Shown here: one piece after another, positions 1 to 12,621 of the stretch | Numbering within the stretch: the stretch's first letter is position 1 | Layout: each line of letters starts with the position of its first letter | NCBI GenBank assembly: GCA_964016885.1 | Contig: OZ024757.1 | Coordinates: 25,792,001-25,856,000, forward strand | From: Eledone cirrhosa | Taxonomy: Eukaryota | Direction of reading: 5' to 3' | DNA length: 64,000 nt | Translations under genes and position numbers: made by a program | The notes under the pieces: generated by a model | Database searches by the model: none | Seen by the model: the letters and a program-made list of their open reading frames with translations, nothing else | Told to the model about the DNA's origin: nothing

Positions 1-805
1 GGGGTCTAGCCTGAGTCTATTACCAAGTTTGGAGAGGGGTAAACATTCTACATTTGGACCAAGCTCATTACCAGCTTCGGCGCCTTATATATCTCACTTC
101 TGGTCTGGATCTATCACCAAGTTTATGTGGGGTGGGGTGAGGTCTACATATTATCCTTGACCTGGGTCTACTACCAGTTTAAGGGGCCTACATTTTGCAT
201 CAGGTTTGGGCCCGTCACCAGTTTGGTACGTTCTCTATTCAATCCCGCCGAGGGTAGCGTTGCCTTTCATCCTTACGGGGTTGATATAACAAAGTACCAG
301 TAATGTACTGGGGTCGATTTAATGACCCCCCACCACCTCCAAAAATTGTTGGCCTTTTGCCTAAATCAGAAACCATATTTGACGACAGGCCATATATTTA
401 TAGTGAGCTGAGCTTTTGGAATAAACACGGGGGCTGAGGGTTGTTATTCTTTATTTCATTTATTAATTCATAATTCTGACACGTGTTTCGCTATAATATC
501 CCCCACCAGGGTTGGATTTAAACCATGGGAGGTCCAGGGCACTTCAAGTTGGGAGGGGGGTCCCTCATACACAAGAAATTAAAATACACAGCCCCCCCCC
601 CCCCCCCAATTTCACATATCAAAGTTAGCTTGGCTCAAGTAATTAGAATTGAAAAGTTATATACATACAGGTATTAAATTCAAAAATTCTAACCATCCTA
701 AAACTAAAAAGCCCAGCTGAGGGCACAACTAAATTGCTATGGCTGTCGCTGGAGGGCCCCCTTCATATAATCCCCCTTCATTATTTATAAAACTAACCTA
801 TATTG

Positions 806-871
806 TATTTTATTTGATGAAAGCGCACCATAGTTTGCTCTGGTGGCCCTTGAAATATGTATAATGAAATA
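806..871 (+). ncRNA. Type I hammerhead ribozyme remnant (PLE pLTR family A), core mutated C3U
   Basis: tattttat-TTGATGA-aagcgcacca...tggtggccctt-GAAA-tatgta-TA-atgaaata. Aligns with the intact copies at 12622-12684 and 57657-57722; followed by (TA)n. Confidence 0.7.
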
Positions 872-911
872 AATATGGTTTTATAAATATAGTTTCCATT
901 TGTTAATATAT

Positions 912-913
912 TG

Positions 914-944
<31 letters not shown>

Positions 945-1165
945 TGTGTACAATATATATGTGTGTGTTGTGTACAATATATATATGTGTGTGTGTTGTG
1001 TACAATATATGTGTGTTTGTGTGTTGTGTACAATATATATGTGTGTGTGTGTTGCGTACAATATATATGTGTGTGTGTGTTGTGTACAATATATATGTGT
1101 GTGTGTTGTGTACAATATATATATGTGTGTGTGTGTTGTGTACAACATATATATGTGTGTGTGCG
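912..1165. repeat. Compound minisatellite (gtgtgtgttgtgtacaatatatat)n, ~30 bp unit
   Basis: About 8 visible tandem units; explains the spurious ORFs. Confidence 0.9.
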
Positions 1166-1309
1166 TGTGCCAAGGTGTCCGTCAGTATGTGACTCTGCAT
1201 ATCTGCATGAGAGAGAGAGAGAGAGAGAATCAGTGTCTAGACAGACTATTAGTAAAATCATTAAGTTACTTTTACTCTTTTTCTTATCAATATTTATATC
1301 TATATCTAA

Positions 1310-1373
<64 letters not shown>

Positions 1374-1376
<3 letters not shown>

Positions 1377-1580
1377 GGTTCAATTCCTGGGCTGGCTTGT
1401 GTGTTGTGTGGCATGGTGGTGTGTGGCATGGTGGTAAGTGTTGGACTTACGATTATAACATCGTCGGTTCGATTCCAGGGCTGGGTTGTGTTCTGTGGAG
1501 GTGTGTGGCCTACTGGTAAGGGTGTTGGACTTACGATCATAATGTCGTGGGTTCGATTCCTGGGCTGGGCTGTGTTGTAC
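1374..1580 (+). mobile_element. Tandem tRNA-derived SINE head fragments
   Basis: A-box-like tggcctactggtaag and B-box ggttcgattcc repeated 2-3 times. Related to copies at 20071, 48119 and 59530. Confidence 0.6.
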
Positions 1581-2047
1581 ACATACTTACACACACATAC
1601 ACGCACATATTTACACAAATATATATACACACACACACACACACATACACATACAGTCTCAAATACACATACACTCTCAAACACACATACACTCTCAAAC
1701 ACATATACACTCACATACACACTTATATATATATATATATGGCGAATTGGTAGAGTCGTTAGAACGTCGGTTAGCATTTCTTTGCAGCCGGTATAGGTTT
1801 TGGGTCTCAGCGCTGAAATCCCACCGGGGTCAGCATTTCATCCTTTTGAGGTCAATAAAATAAAATACCAGTCAACTATTAGGGTCAATTCCTTTGTTGG
1901 TATTTACACCATTCTCTTGTAAACGTGAATGACGTAAGTGAAAAGACTTCAATTGGATTGGGAGTTGAAATCGCGTCACAACTCCACCCCTTTCATGTAC
2001 GACATTCGTCTCACGTATGTCTACGTTGTAATATTTGTATAGAGAAA

Positions 2048-2430
2048 GGGCGGTGGATTGGCGGTATCGGTAGAGGGTCGGACGCCATGCTTTCAAGCAT
2101 AGTTACGTCCCTTTACGATCTGAGTTCAAATCCCGCCGAGGTTGACTTTGCCTTTCATCCTTACGGGGTCGATAAAATAAAGTACCAGTAATGCACTGGG
2201 TAATTGCTGGCCTTGTGCCTAAAGTAGAAACAAATATTTGTATAGAGAATTGGCAGTATCGGTAGAGAGTCGGACACCAGGCTTTGAAGCATAGTTACGT
2301 CCCTTTATGATCTGAGTTCAAATCCCGCCGAGGTTAACTTTGCCTTTCATCCTTAGGGGGTCGATAAAATAAAGTACCAGTAATGTACTGGGTAAATGCT
2401 GGCCTTGTGCCTAAAATAGAAACAATTATT
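2048..2430 (+). mobile_element. Two tandem copies of the dominant tRNA-derived SINE
   Basis: A-box tggcggtatcggtaga, B-box gagttcaaatccc, body gcctttcatccttacggggtcgataaaataaagtaccag. More than 25 copies or fragments in the window. Confidence 0.85.
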
Positions 2431-2710
2431 TGTATAGAGAATGTTATAGCTTTGAGTATGTGTATGTATTTATGTATGTATATGTATGGATATGGTTGAT
2501 GAATACATCTATATATATATATATATTATATATATATATAAACACATACATACACAGAGACAACCATACATATATTGGGTCAAGTATGAAATTTGTAGAA
2601 ATTTGTAGAAAAAAAAACAAATTTCTACAAATTTTATACTTGACAACCCAATAGATATTTGGATATGAAATGTTACCATTGCTGTACTACTGTAAGTCAG
2701 AATAAAATAA

Positions 2711-2821
2711 ATCCAGTCGGATCAATTGGAGACTGTTGCTTCGGACAGGACCCGCTGGAAAGAGTGTTTGAGGACTCTGCCCCCATACGACCCTCTCAGG
2801 AATAAGTGCACGAATAAGAAG
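2711..2821 (+). mobile_element. RTE-like LINE 3' end fragment
   Basis: Homologous to the distal part of 4720-4971; an inverted copy lies at 2981-3089. Confidence 0.6.
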
Positions 2822-2980
2822 ACTTGTGTATATGAGTATCTTTCTACATATACACTGAAACCCGAAAGATTCCTATCAAGGACTGAACACAAAAGAATCA
2901 AATTCCCATTGTCACTTCCTCTGTCTCTCCCCCAATCTCTCACTATTATAAGCAAATGGGAGCCCACACGCTGGCGGCCT

Positions 2981-3089
2981 CTTCTCTTCTTCCACCTATT
3001 CCTGAGAGGGTCGTGGGTGACAGAGTTCTCAAACACTCCTTCCGATGGGTCCTGTCAGAAGATACTGTCTCCAATTGATTCGGCTGGAT
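2981..3089 (-). mobile_element. RTE-like LINE 3' end fragment (inverted copy)
   Basis: Reverse complement aligns to 2711-2821 starting from the same first bases, atccag. Confidence 0.6.
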
Positions 3090-3094
3090 CCGCA

Positions 3095-3181
3095 AGTTTC
3101 CCCGGAGGATGGTGAGGGAGGCGCGTTGGAAGAGTAGTCATTCCAGCTCGCGAGGTTCACACCTGCGGATAGCCAACTGTG
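3095..3181 (-). mobile_element. CRE-like non-LTR retrotransposon C-terminal remnant
   Basis: Minus strand reads ...RCEPRELE*LFQRASLTILRGN; matches 25998-26595. Confidence 0.7.
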
Positions 3182-4511
3182 TGCCGATGGTGGTGAGTAG
3201 GGAGGTGGTCCTAGCGCCAGTGACACTAGAAGTCTCCACTGCTACGGGCTCGACCGCAAACCTGTCGGAGAGCGACTGCCGATGGTGGTGAGTAGGGAGG
3301 TGGTCCTAGCGCCAGTGACACTAGAAGTCTCCACTGCTACGGGCTCGACCGCAAACCTGTCGGAGAGCGACTGCCGATGGTGGTGAGTAGGGAGGTGGTC
3401 CTAGCGCCAGTGACACTAGAAGTCTCCACTGCTACGGGCTCGACCGCAAACCTGTCGGAGAGCGACTGCCGATGGTGGTGAGTAGGGAGGTGGTCCTAGC
3501 GCCAGTGACACTAGAAGTCTCCACTGCTACGGGCTCGACCGCAAACCTGTCGGAGAGCGACTGCCGATGGTGGTGAGTAGGGAGGTGGTCCTAGCGCCAG
3601 TGACACTAGAAGTCTCCACTGCTACGGGCTCGACCGCAAACCTGTCGGAGAGCGACTGCCGATGGTGGTGAGTAGGGAGGTGGTCCTAGCGCCAGTGACA
3701 CTAGAAGTCTCCACTGCTACGGGCTCGACCGCAAACCTGTCGGAGAGCGACTGCCGATGGTGGTGAGTAGGGAGGTGGTCCTAGCGCCAGTGACACTAGA
3801 AGTCTCCACTGCTACGGGCTCGACCGCAAACCTGTCGGAGAGCGACTGCCGATGGTGGTGAGTAGGGAGGTGGTCCTAGCGCCAGTGACACTAGAAGTCT
3901 CCACTGCTACGGGCTCGACCGCAAACCTGTCGGAGAGCGACTGCCGATGGTGGTGAGTAGGGAGGTGGTCCTAGCGCCAGTGACACTAGAAGTCTCCACT
4001 GCTACGGGCTCGACCGCAAACCTGTCGGAGAGCGACTGCCGATGGTGGTGAGTAGGGAGGTGGTCCTAGCGCCAGTGACACTAGAAGTCTCCACTGCTAC
4101 GGGCTCGACCGCAAACCTGTCGGAGAGCGACTGCCGATGGTGGTGAGTAGGGAGGTGGTCCTAGCGCCAGTGACACTAGAAGTCTCCACTGCTACGGGCT
4201 CGACCGCAAACCTGTCGGAGAGCGACTGCCGATGATGGTGAGTCGGGAGGTGGTCCTAGCGCCAGTGACACTAGAAGTCTCCACTGCTACGGGCTCGACC
4301 GCAAACCTGTCGGAGAGCGACTGCCGATGATGGTGAGTAGGGAGGTGGTCCTAGCGCCAGTGACACTAGAAGTCTCCACTGCTACGGGCTCGACCGCAAA
4401 CCTGTCGGAGAGCGACTGCCGATGATGGTGAGTAGGGAGGTGGTCCTAGCGCCAGTGACACTAGAAGTCTCCACTGCTACGGGCTCGACCGCAAACCTGT
4501 CGGAGAGCGAC
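3182..4511. repeat. 95-bp tandem array, exactly 14 copies, derived from the CRE-like endonuclease tail
   Basis: tgccgat recurs at 3182, 3277, 3372, 3467 and onward. The minus strand of the unit encodes SLSDRFAVEPVAVETSSVTGARTTSLLTTIG. Confidence 0.95.
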
Positions 4512-4719
4512 CTATTTATCATAGATTGTAAGACTGAGGTTATCCGAGGGTCAAGGACACCAGAAGTCTCCACACTTATTCTAGCGTTTTACCTTCTGAA
4601 TTTAAATCCCACCGGCATCGGTTTTGATTTTCATCTTTTGGGGGTTAATCCTTTTTTACTTTGATCCAAGATGGAGGATTGGCAGAACCGTTGCAATATT
4701 GGGGAGAATTCCTTTGAAG

Positions 4720-4971
4720 TATTGGGCATGTGGTTAGAATGTCTCAGGAAAGAATCGCTGGACAGATTTTACGAGCAAAACCAACCGGCAAGAGATCCCT
4801 GAGTAAATCCGAACCAAGATGGTTGGATAACATCCATAAGCTTGGTTCGTCATGGTTGGGGATCAGCTGGGTGAGTTGGAGACGGTTGATTCTGACAGGA
4901 CGCGCTGGGAGGAGTGTTTTAGAACTCTTTCCACGCGACTTTCTCGGGAATAAGTGGACGAAGAAAAAGAC
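4720..4971 (+). mobile_element. RTE-clade LINE ORF C-terminus remnant
   Basis: GHVVRMSQERIAGQILRAKPTGKRS...RWLDNI matches the RTE GHVxRM...GxRxxGRPxxRWxD pattern. Confidence 0.75.
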
Positions 4972-5066
4972 ATATATATATATATATGTGTGTATATATA
5001 TATATATATATGAATTACAGAGTCGGGCTGGATCGATACAGATCGAACCTTGAGCTGATCAGTGGC

Positions 5067-5078
5067 GAAACGCGCGTC
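5067..5078 (+). ncRNA. 3' half of a minimal hammerhead (GAAA-cgcgcg-TC)
   Basis: Palindromic stem III ACGCGCGT is typical of PLE HHRs; no CUGANGA box found upstream. Confidence 0.35.
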
Positions 5079-5265
5079 ACCAACCAATAAACGTAATGAA
5101 GGAGTAACCACTCGTCCTTGTTTTATTCAAATCCCGTCGAGGTTAACTTTGCCTTTCATCCTTACGGGGTCGATAAAATAAAGTACCAGTAATGCACTGG
5201 GATAATTGTTGGCCTTGTGCCTAAAGTAGAAACAATTATATATATAATGTACAAAGAGGGTGTGG

Positions 5266-5365
5266 GAAGATACCAGGTGGACCATAACGCACTAGAGTAC
5301 TCAATACTTAGGGTAGTAGAGTGGGTAATATGAAGAGAGTCAGGACTCCGACGGCTGTTAAGTTA
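5266..5365 (-). mobile_element. PLE pLTR-like family D fragment
   Basis: Matches 15319-15475, 50372-50549 and 61705-61891 (acccactctactaccctaagtattgagtactct). Confidence 0.6.
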
Positions 5366-5666
5366 GACATGGCCTGGACCAATACTGGCCAAAACCTATC
5401 ATAACTGGTACTTTATTTTATCGTAGTCGTCCTCGGCTGGGTTCGAAATCAGAACGAAACGGGCCGTAAAGAACGCGTAACTAACATACTGCAAAGTTGT
5501 TTATGTCTGCATGTGTGCACGAGCATGTGCACACACCTGTATATATGTATGTTAGTGTGTGTGTGAAGAAATATCTATTACATATGGACGGCTATATAAA
5601 AATTACACGCACACTAACACACAGAAACACGTGTATGTGTGTGTGTGTATATATATATACACATAT

Positions 5667-5758
5667 ACAGGATGTGTCCCCCCCCCCCCAAATATGTATA
5701 CATACTTCTAATAAATATTGCTTGTACAGGTAATTAAAGTGTGTATAGGACACCCTGT
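5667..5758. mobile_element. Tc1/mariner-type MITE (CAGGGTGTCC termini), degenerate
   Basis: tacaggatgtgtcc...ggacaccctgt; relatives at ~13990-14058, 52595-52717 and 57835-57923. Confidence 0.55.
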
Positions 5759-6182
5759 GTATGTGTATATATATATATATCCAGGAACGTTAACAAACGG
5801 CTATACATATGGACGGTTATATAAATTATACATACATACATACACACGTACATAACTATGTGTATCGATATATATATATGTGTGTAATGCTGAATCTCCC
5901 TGAGAACTATATTAAGTTGTTAGAACAACTGGTCGGAGGTCCTACACACACACACACACACACACACACATCCTTAGTACATGGGTTGTAGAGATATAAA
6001 TATTTGTAAACAAGGCAGCCGTGTGTGTATATAGGTGTATATAGTATACACACTTTATACATCGTCATGTGTACAGACATATAAACAAACAGTTGTGTTC
6101 ACGTGAAGTCATCGTATGTTTATAAAGAAACGTGCATGCTGTATATTACCTGCACGCCTGAGTGTATAAACACATGCAGGTG

Positions 6183-6240
<58 letters not shown>

Positions 6241-7349
6241 CATACATATATATATATATACATACATACACATATATATATATACATACATATATATATA
6301 TATACATACATACATATATATATATACACACACACACACATATATATTTTACCTGTTCCAGCCTTCCGGCTGAGGCCATGCTGGGGTATATATATATATA
6401 TGTATGTATGTATGTATACAGCTGTATGTTTAAGTACGCGTTGCCATGACATGACATCCTGTTTATTTGTGTGTCCCTATAACCTTATGTTTTTTAATAG
6501 CACACATTGTATCTCACTCGAACACACACTTACATTGTACTACATACGAACACAAACACACATGTAAACATACATATTCCAGTACCATGCATTGTATCAC
6601 ACACACACACATATGTGTGTGTGTGTATATATATATATATACCAGTACCACGCATTGTATCACATACACACACTCAGTTCAGTAACACAGATTGTATCAT
6701 ATACACATATACTCCTTTTAATAGCTCATATTGTATTATACACAAACATAATAATATTGTATTACATACGGACACAAACATACACATACATATTTCAACG
6801 GTGCACATTATATTACATACACACACAGATATTTAACGTTTCAATCGCACTCATTGTCACATACAAACACACACACACACTCACACATCAACTAATAACA
6901 CACATTATATTACATACCAACACACGCACACACATATTTCAATAGCACATACAAACACACACACATCAACACCTACACATATACCAAATAGCACACTTTG
7001 TATTGCATACCAACACGCATACACATTCACATTCATACACACACACATATATTCCAATAGCAGAGACTGTATCTCATACGAACACACACACATATACATA
7101 TTCCAATAGCGAACACACACACACGTTTTCAATAGCGCACATTGCATTACGTAGGCACTTACATATTTCGGTACATATGTACTCCCGGCAGCACCGGCAA
7201 CACCACACACACATATGCACACACTTGCACATTTGCCTCACGTACGCACTGCCGCACTGGTTACACAAGAGTCAAAGGAGTCCTCTGTGTGGACGCTTGA
7301 CCTGCTAAAATAGCAACCAAATCTCTCTCGTTACACATTCACCGTCTCC

Positions 7350-7625
7350 AAAAACCGGAACTTGTCCTCCAAAATAGGGATACACCGGGAGTTGTCCTCT
7401 AAAATCGGGACACACCGGAACTTGTCCTCAAAATAGGGACAAACCGGAAGTTGTCCTCCAAAATAGGGACACACTGGAAGTTTTCCTCCAAAATTAGGGT
7501 CACACCGGAACTTGTCCTCAAAAGTAGGAACACACCGGAACTTATCCTCCAAAATAGGGACACACCGAAACTTGGCCTCCAAAAAGAGGGACACACCGGA
7601 AGTTGTCCTCCCAAAACACCACGGA
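7350..7625. repeat. ~30-bp minisatellite (cacaccggaacttgtcctccaaaataggga), ~9 copies
   Basis: Direct periodicity. Confidence 0.9.
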
Positions 7626-8293
7626 ATCTTGGAGCTAAACAATAATAACAACAGCAGCAACACTGTTATTACTGATGTCGCTTTCGTTGCTAGAAATAGC
7701 AGCCAAAAAAACACAGGCATCACAAGTGATCGTTGTTAAAACAGGAAGGAAACACTGGTTAGTGTCGTGTTAGATATAGAAAAAGATACCGGATTGGATG
7801 GTCAAAGCTGGAACGCCTTAGATCAGAGGTCTACTCGATCAAGATTGACCTTGGGCTAAATAACGATTATCATACACACTTCGCACGATGTACATATAAC
7901 ATCGCTTCACACATAATACAGAGAAAAATATACATATATGTATGTGTATATATATAATGTATAATGTGTGTGTACGGAGAGAGAGAGAGACGAGATAAAA
8001 GCGTGCTTTTGTATCTGTGAATGACAATGTCATATATATATATAGAGAGAGAGAGGGGGGGGACGGTGGCAGAAGAGAGAGAAGTATCAGTACAATACAG
8101 ACCATAACCAATAAACCACATGACAGTCATGTGTGAATTCATGTGTCTGTCTATAAATTTGTGTTTATTTATGTAATCACACATCTGTAATAGTCATGTG
8201 ACGACGACGACGATGATGATGATTCCTCCCTCCCTCCCTCTCTCTCTCTATATATATATACTCCCTCTCTCTCTCTATATATATATATACTCC

Positions 8294-8328
<35 letters not shown>

Positions 8329-8999
8329 CTCTCTTTCTCTCACACCCTCTCTTTTTCCGCTCCCTCTCTGTTTCCCCTTTCTTTCTACCCTTACTTTCTC
8401 TCACTCCCTATATCCTCTCTTTCTTTCACCTCTCTCTGTCCATCCTCTCTTTTTCAACCCTCTCTCTCTGTTCTTTCTCTACCACACCACCTCCCCCTTC
8501 TCTCTCTCTTCCTCTGTCTCTCTCTTTCTCTCTGCAACTCGTGTGTCCATATTGCATCTGTTTCAATACTGTGTCCCAAGCAATTCTGATGGCAACTTTT
8601 CCAGCAGATTTATCCCATGACCACATTTGGAGGCCTTTCGCTTTAGGTATATAAAATAGACAATAAAAATGAAGGGGAACGAAGGCTCACCCTTGAGGAT
8701 ATTTCGCTATGTAAATGAAAAAGGCACTCGTGTTTGCGTTGTAAATCTTCGCCTTTTGATTTTTTTTTCTTTGTAATCGAAAAACTGAAAGATTTATTTT
8801 AACGTATGCATTCTGTTTCACTGCACTCTGAGTTCAAATACTGCCGAGGTCAACTTTGCCTTTCATCCTTTCGAGGTCGATGATAAAAAAAAAAAAAGTA
8901 TCAATCTCGTACTGGGGTCAATTCTTCCTCTAATATCTCTTACTTCTTCTCTACCACATAATCCCCTTCTCTGGTGGAAAAAAAATCGGCTGTGTTCAG

Positions 9000-9150
9000 G
9001 CAGCGGATTAAATTGAAAAGGCTTAAGAAGGATAGCAAGAGAAATGCGCTGAAAGTACCATTCCAATCCGCAGAAGACATTCTTGTGGATAGCCAATTTC
9101 CAACTCGATAGTAGTGAGCTGGTTCGGGGATTTCAAGGTACGACTAATAA
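9000..9150 (-). mobile_element. Old CRE-like 3' remnant
   Basis: QLTTIELEIG and LEWYFQRISLAIL align to LLTTIGAE...LEWLFQRVSL of the other copies. Confidence 0.55.
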
Positions 9151-9589
9151 TAGTTAGAATTCGATAGAAAACCTTATATATATATATATATAAATATATA
9201 TATATATAAATATATATATATATAAAGGGGAAAGATTGAATTTGAAAAAAAAAAAAAAAAAAATTAAGAAAACAGGAAGTGAATAGGTTTTTAAAGTAGA
9301 GACAGGAAATTGAGGATCGCAGCAAATGACAAATGAAAAATATGATGGAGGGACCAACGTGGGAGTGACTTCCCTTGTTTTCCACCTCGTATTGTATATA
9401 CGTAATGGACGTAACGGCGGGTAACTCACGATGTTATCGTAGGGGGCGCCTTTGCAGCATACGGCGTATTTTGGACATTTTAAACCTGACGGAGTCTATC
9501 CTCTCTCCAGGTCTGAACTCATCCAATTCTCTTATAAAGAAGGAGAGAGAGAGGAAGTGAAACAGAGATATAGAGGAAGAAGCGACTCA

Positions 9590-10080
9590 ACACTAGACCG
9601 GTACTTTTTTGTTTATCAACCTCGGTAGAATGAAAAACAAAGTTGACCTCGGCGGGATTTTAACTCAGAGCGCAAAGAACCAGAGCAAATACTACAAGGC
9701 ATTCTATCCGACGATCTAACGACTGCCAGTTCGCTGCTTTTGCATATATAATAGTCTACAGTAAATTTATTATACGTATTCATGTGATGTTTCGCTTTAA
9801 GTATATAAAATGGCAGCCAATAGAATGAAAGGTGTCTGGTTTTCTCTTTTTGAATCTATAAACTGAAAGATTTTTTTCTTTTAATGATTTGTTTGTGATT
9901 GTTATCTCTTCGTTATACTGACCTAGGCGGCGAATTGACACAGTCTTTAGAACGTCGGATAGGATGCTTTGCGGCGTTCGTTTCGACTCTCTGAGTTCAA
10001 ATCGTTCCGGGTTCAACTTTGCCTTTCATCCATTCGGAGTCGATTAAAAAAGTGCCAGTCTACTACTGGGGGTCGATTCT
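9590..10080. mobile_element. Two diverged dominant-family SINE copies (9590-9740 minus, 9925-10080 plus)
   Basis: B-box and gcctttcatcc body present. Confidence 0.7.
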
Positions 10081-10099
10081 TCCTCTATATCTCTTTCTC

Positions 10100-10219
<120 letters not shown>

Positions 10220-10221
10220 CT

Positions 10222-10515
10222 ATATCTAGGGCGGGTAAAATTCCCGAGATCCATGGACGAGTTCTCTCCAGCGGTCTCTGTCGCTCATTATCGCTGCCAT
10301 GTCCTGCGTCTCCAACAGACGTCTGTCCTTAGGGCATCAACATACGTTAACCTTGGTCTTCCTCTTCCAGTGTGTCCATGTAGGGGCTCCCACAGGAGCA
10401 CTGAGTGCAATGTCAACTCTGGATGTCGGTGAGCATGTCCAGCTAACCTCAGTCTCCTCTGTGTCACTTTTGAGCTGACTTTTGGGAGGCTCCCATACAG
10501 CTCTGAGTTTTTCAT
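10222..10515 (-). mobile_element. RTE-clade LINE 3' remnant
   Basis: NSELYGSLPKVSSKVTQRRLRLAGHAHRH...LLWEPLHG...GRPRLTYVD; second copy at 34103-34452. Confidence 0.8.
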
Positions 10516-10846
10516 CCTATATATATATATATATATCATAGATTGAGTTAGAAACTCAAAATAGTCTTTTACAATTAAATAGCTCAAAGAAGGGAATCTT
10601 TCCGAGCCGTGTAATATAATTGGATATATAAGAGGGGTGAACACAGATATAAGTATACATGTGATAGAGGTTTGTTATTTTTATTGATTTATTACTTTAA
10701 ATCGAGTCAGGCAAACCATATTGTATTAAATTAGCATTTTTTCAACCTAGCTAACTTGGTCATTTGTAATTGGAACACATGTATACTTATATATGTGTCC
10801 ATCTCTCTCTCTATCCTTCCCTGGAAGAAATCTACTATATTCAGAC

Positions 10847-10916
10847 CTGAAGAGGAGATGGGCTGCTTCGCCAGGTTTAATGATGTCCTAGAAACGCTGT
10901 ATGTCAATACAGCGTC
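10847..10916 (+). ncRNA. Hammerhead-like motif with long stem III
   Basis: CTGAAGA-gga...tccta-GAAA-cgctgtat(gtca)atacagcg-TC; perfect 9-bp stem III and GUC triplet, but no stem I is evident. Confidence 0.5.
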
Positions 10917-11679
10917 CCTACGACTCCCTTGGAAGTTAGGGACTATGCATGTATACTGACTTGCTCCTTCCCAATTGACTGTCTCTAGTCATTTGCCGCC
11001 CACCAATAAATTAGCTCAACAAGGTGTAGCTGTTGAACATGAGTCCCAGAAAAAAAAAAAAAAAAAAAGGAATCTAGTCTAAGGTTGCGATAGGACTTGC
11101 ACCTTTCATTCAATTTCATTTAATTATCTTTTCCTTTCGTTTTACTTCTCTGGTATTTTATATACCACCATCATCATCATCATCATCATCACCATTACAC
11201 ACCACCACTACCACCACCACTGCTTCACACCACCAATACCACCACCATCGTCATCACCACTACACAGCACCACTATCACTATCACTATCACAACTACACA
11301 CCACCACCACTACCACCACCACTACACATCATCACCAACACCACTACTGTCCACACAACAGATAGTTAAACAGAAGACAAGCCCACTTCAGTCAGTTATT
11401 CTTTCCTTCTCTGAAAACCTTATATAATCAATTAGACCTAAAAACACTTGACCTGACCTGACCTGACCTTTTCACTCCCACTTTTATTTCTGGAATCAAG
11501 AGTTATTTTTAAGGTTATGAGAATAAACCCTTTCTGTTTCTTATAAAATATATTCCTATCTTTTTTTCAAGCCCCAAATCAGCCGTTATTGAGTAGACAA
11601 ACCTCTGGTAAAAGGAAATCAAGTTATGACCATCCTGTCTTAGTTTCTCTTTCAGATTTATAGTGATTACACTTTAGAC

Positions 11680-11988
11680 CAGAGGTTCTCATAGTGGACA
11701 CTACTCCCCCCCCCCCCGGAGGGGGGGGGGGGCGTTGGGGTGGTAGAGATGATATAGTATATTAAATATCAAATGATACATATATATAAATATAGTAAAA
11801 TAAAAAATATATATTTATTTATACATAGTATATATTATATTTATTATATATAAATTAACGATTTTATTTATTATATATTATTTCCAATTTGCATGTAGAC
11901 AGGTCTCTCTGGAAATAGGGTTGGGGACGCTGATGGTATTACGGGGTCGTGAAGGTGGGAGGTGGACGAAAAGGTTTGAGAACCTCTG
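11680..11988. mobile_element. hAT (Charlie-like) MITE with 8-bp TSD
   Basis: TIR cagaggttctca/tgagaacctctg; TSD ctttagac at 11672-11679 and 11989-11996. Confidence 0.9.
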
Positions 11989-12158
11989 CTTTAGACCAAT
12001 GTATTATTGTGTTATATATATATGGCACCTACATACCCCCCCCCCCCGCAGGCCAGACATTTCACCCACCTCCCCCTATCACCGATTTTTTTTAACTTCT
12101 CTTCCTAACCTTCTCACTCTACTCTTACGTTCGTTTAACTGCCCACCCCCATCTGCAC

Positions 12159-12194
12159 TTTCCTGAAGAAAGGCTTTTGTCCGAAACGTTGAAA
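12159..12194 (+). ncRNA. Minimal type I hammerhead (PLE family B)
   Basis: tttc-CTGAAGA-aaggcttttgtcc-GAAA-cg-TT-gaaa; palindromic AACGTT stem III. Confidence 0.7.
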
Positions 12195-12351
12195 CCTCCT
12201 CCAAGCGTGAACCTAATATAACTGTGTAAATTTGCCTCATGTGTTTTCATTTATTGTGTGTGTGTGTGTGTGAAAAGTAAATAGGAATAACAAAGCAAAC
12301 GGCACAGTACAATGAAGAAATATATTAGTTTAACGATTGAAATAACTGGAA

Positions 12352-12390
12352 GTCTTAACGTTTCAGACACTACTCCTTCATCAGAATGAG
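12352..12390 (-). ncRNA. Minimal type I hammerhead
   Basis: Minus strand: att-CTGATGA-aggagtagtgtct-GAAA-cg-TT-aaga; stems I and II are weak. Confidence 0.55.
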
Positions 12391-12427
12391 AAATAAATGA
12401 TGAAACAGAAAGATATATGTGTGCGTG

Positions 12428-12476
<49 letters not shown>

Positions 12477-12621
12477 ATATATATAAGTAGAAGGGGTATT
12501 TAATTTGTTGGAAGTCCGACAAATATAAATGTTTATAACTAATTTAGAGCACTCAACAGTTTACTGGAGTACATATTCAATGATATTAAATAAATGGAAA
12601 CTATATTTATAAAACCATATT

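Noticed and set aside
1430-1570. tRNA genes
   Set aside because: A and B boxes are present but there is no full cloverleaf; these are SINE heads.
8535-8640. Minus-strand peptide MWSWDKSAGKVAIRIAWDTV, faintly like a receptor guanylyl cyclase N-terminus
   Set aside because: Too short, no convincing splice donor, and it runs into (GA)n.
8944-9080. Signal-peptide-like minus-strand exon (MSSADWNGTFSAFLLLSFLSLF...) ending at GTAAGA
   Set aside because: The hydrophobic stretch is an alternative frame of a CRE remnant (LEWYFQRISLAIL), and no in-phase downstream exon was found.
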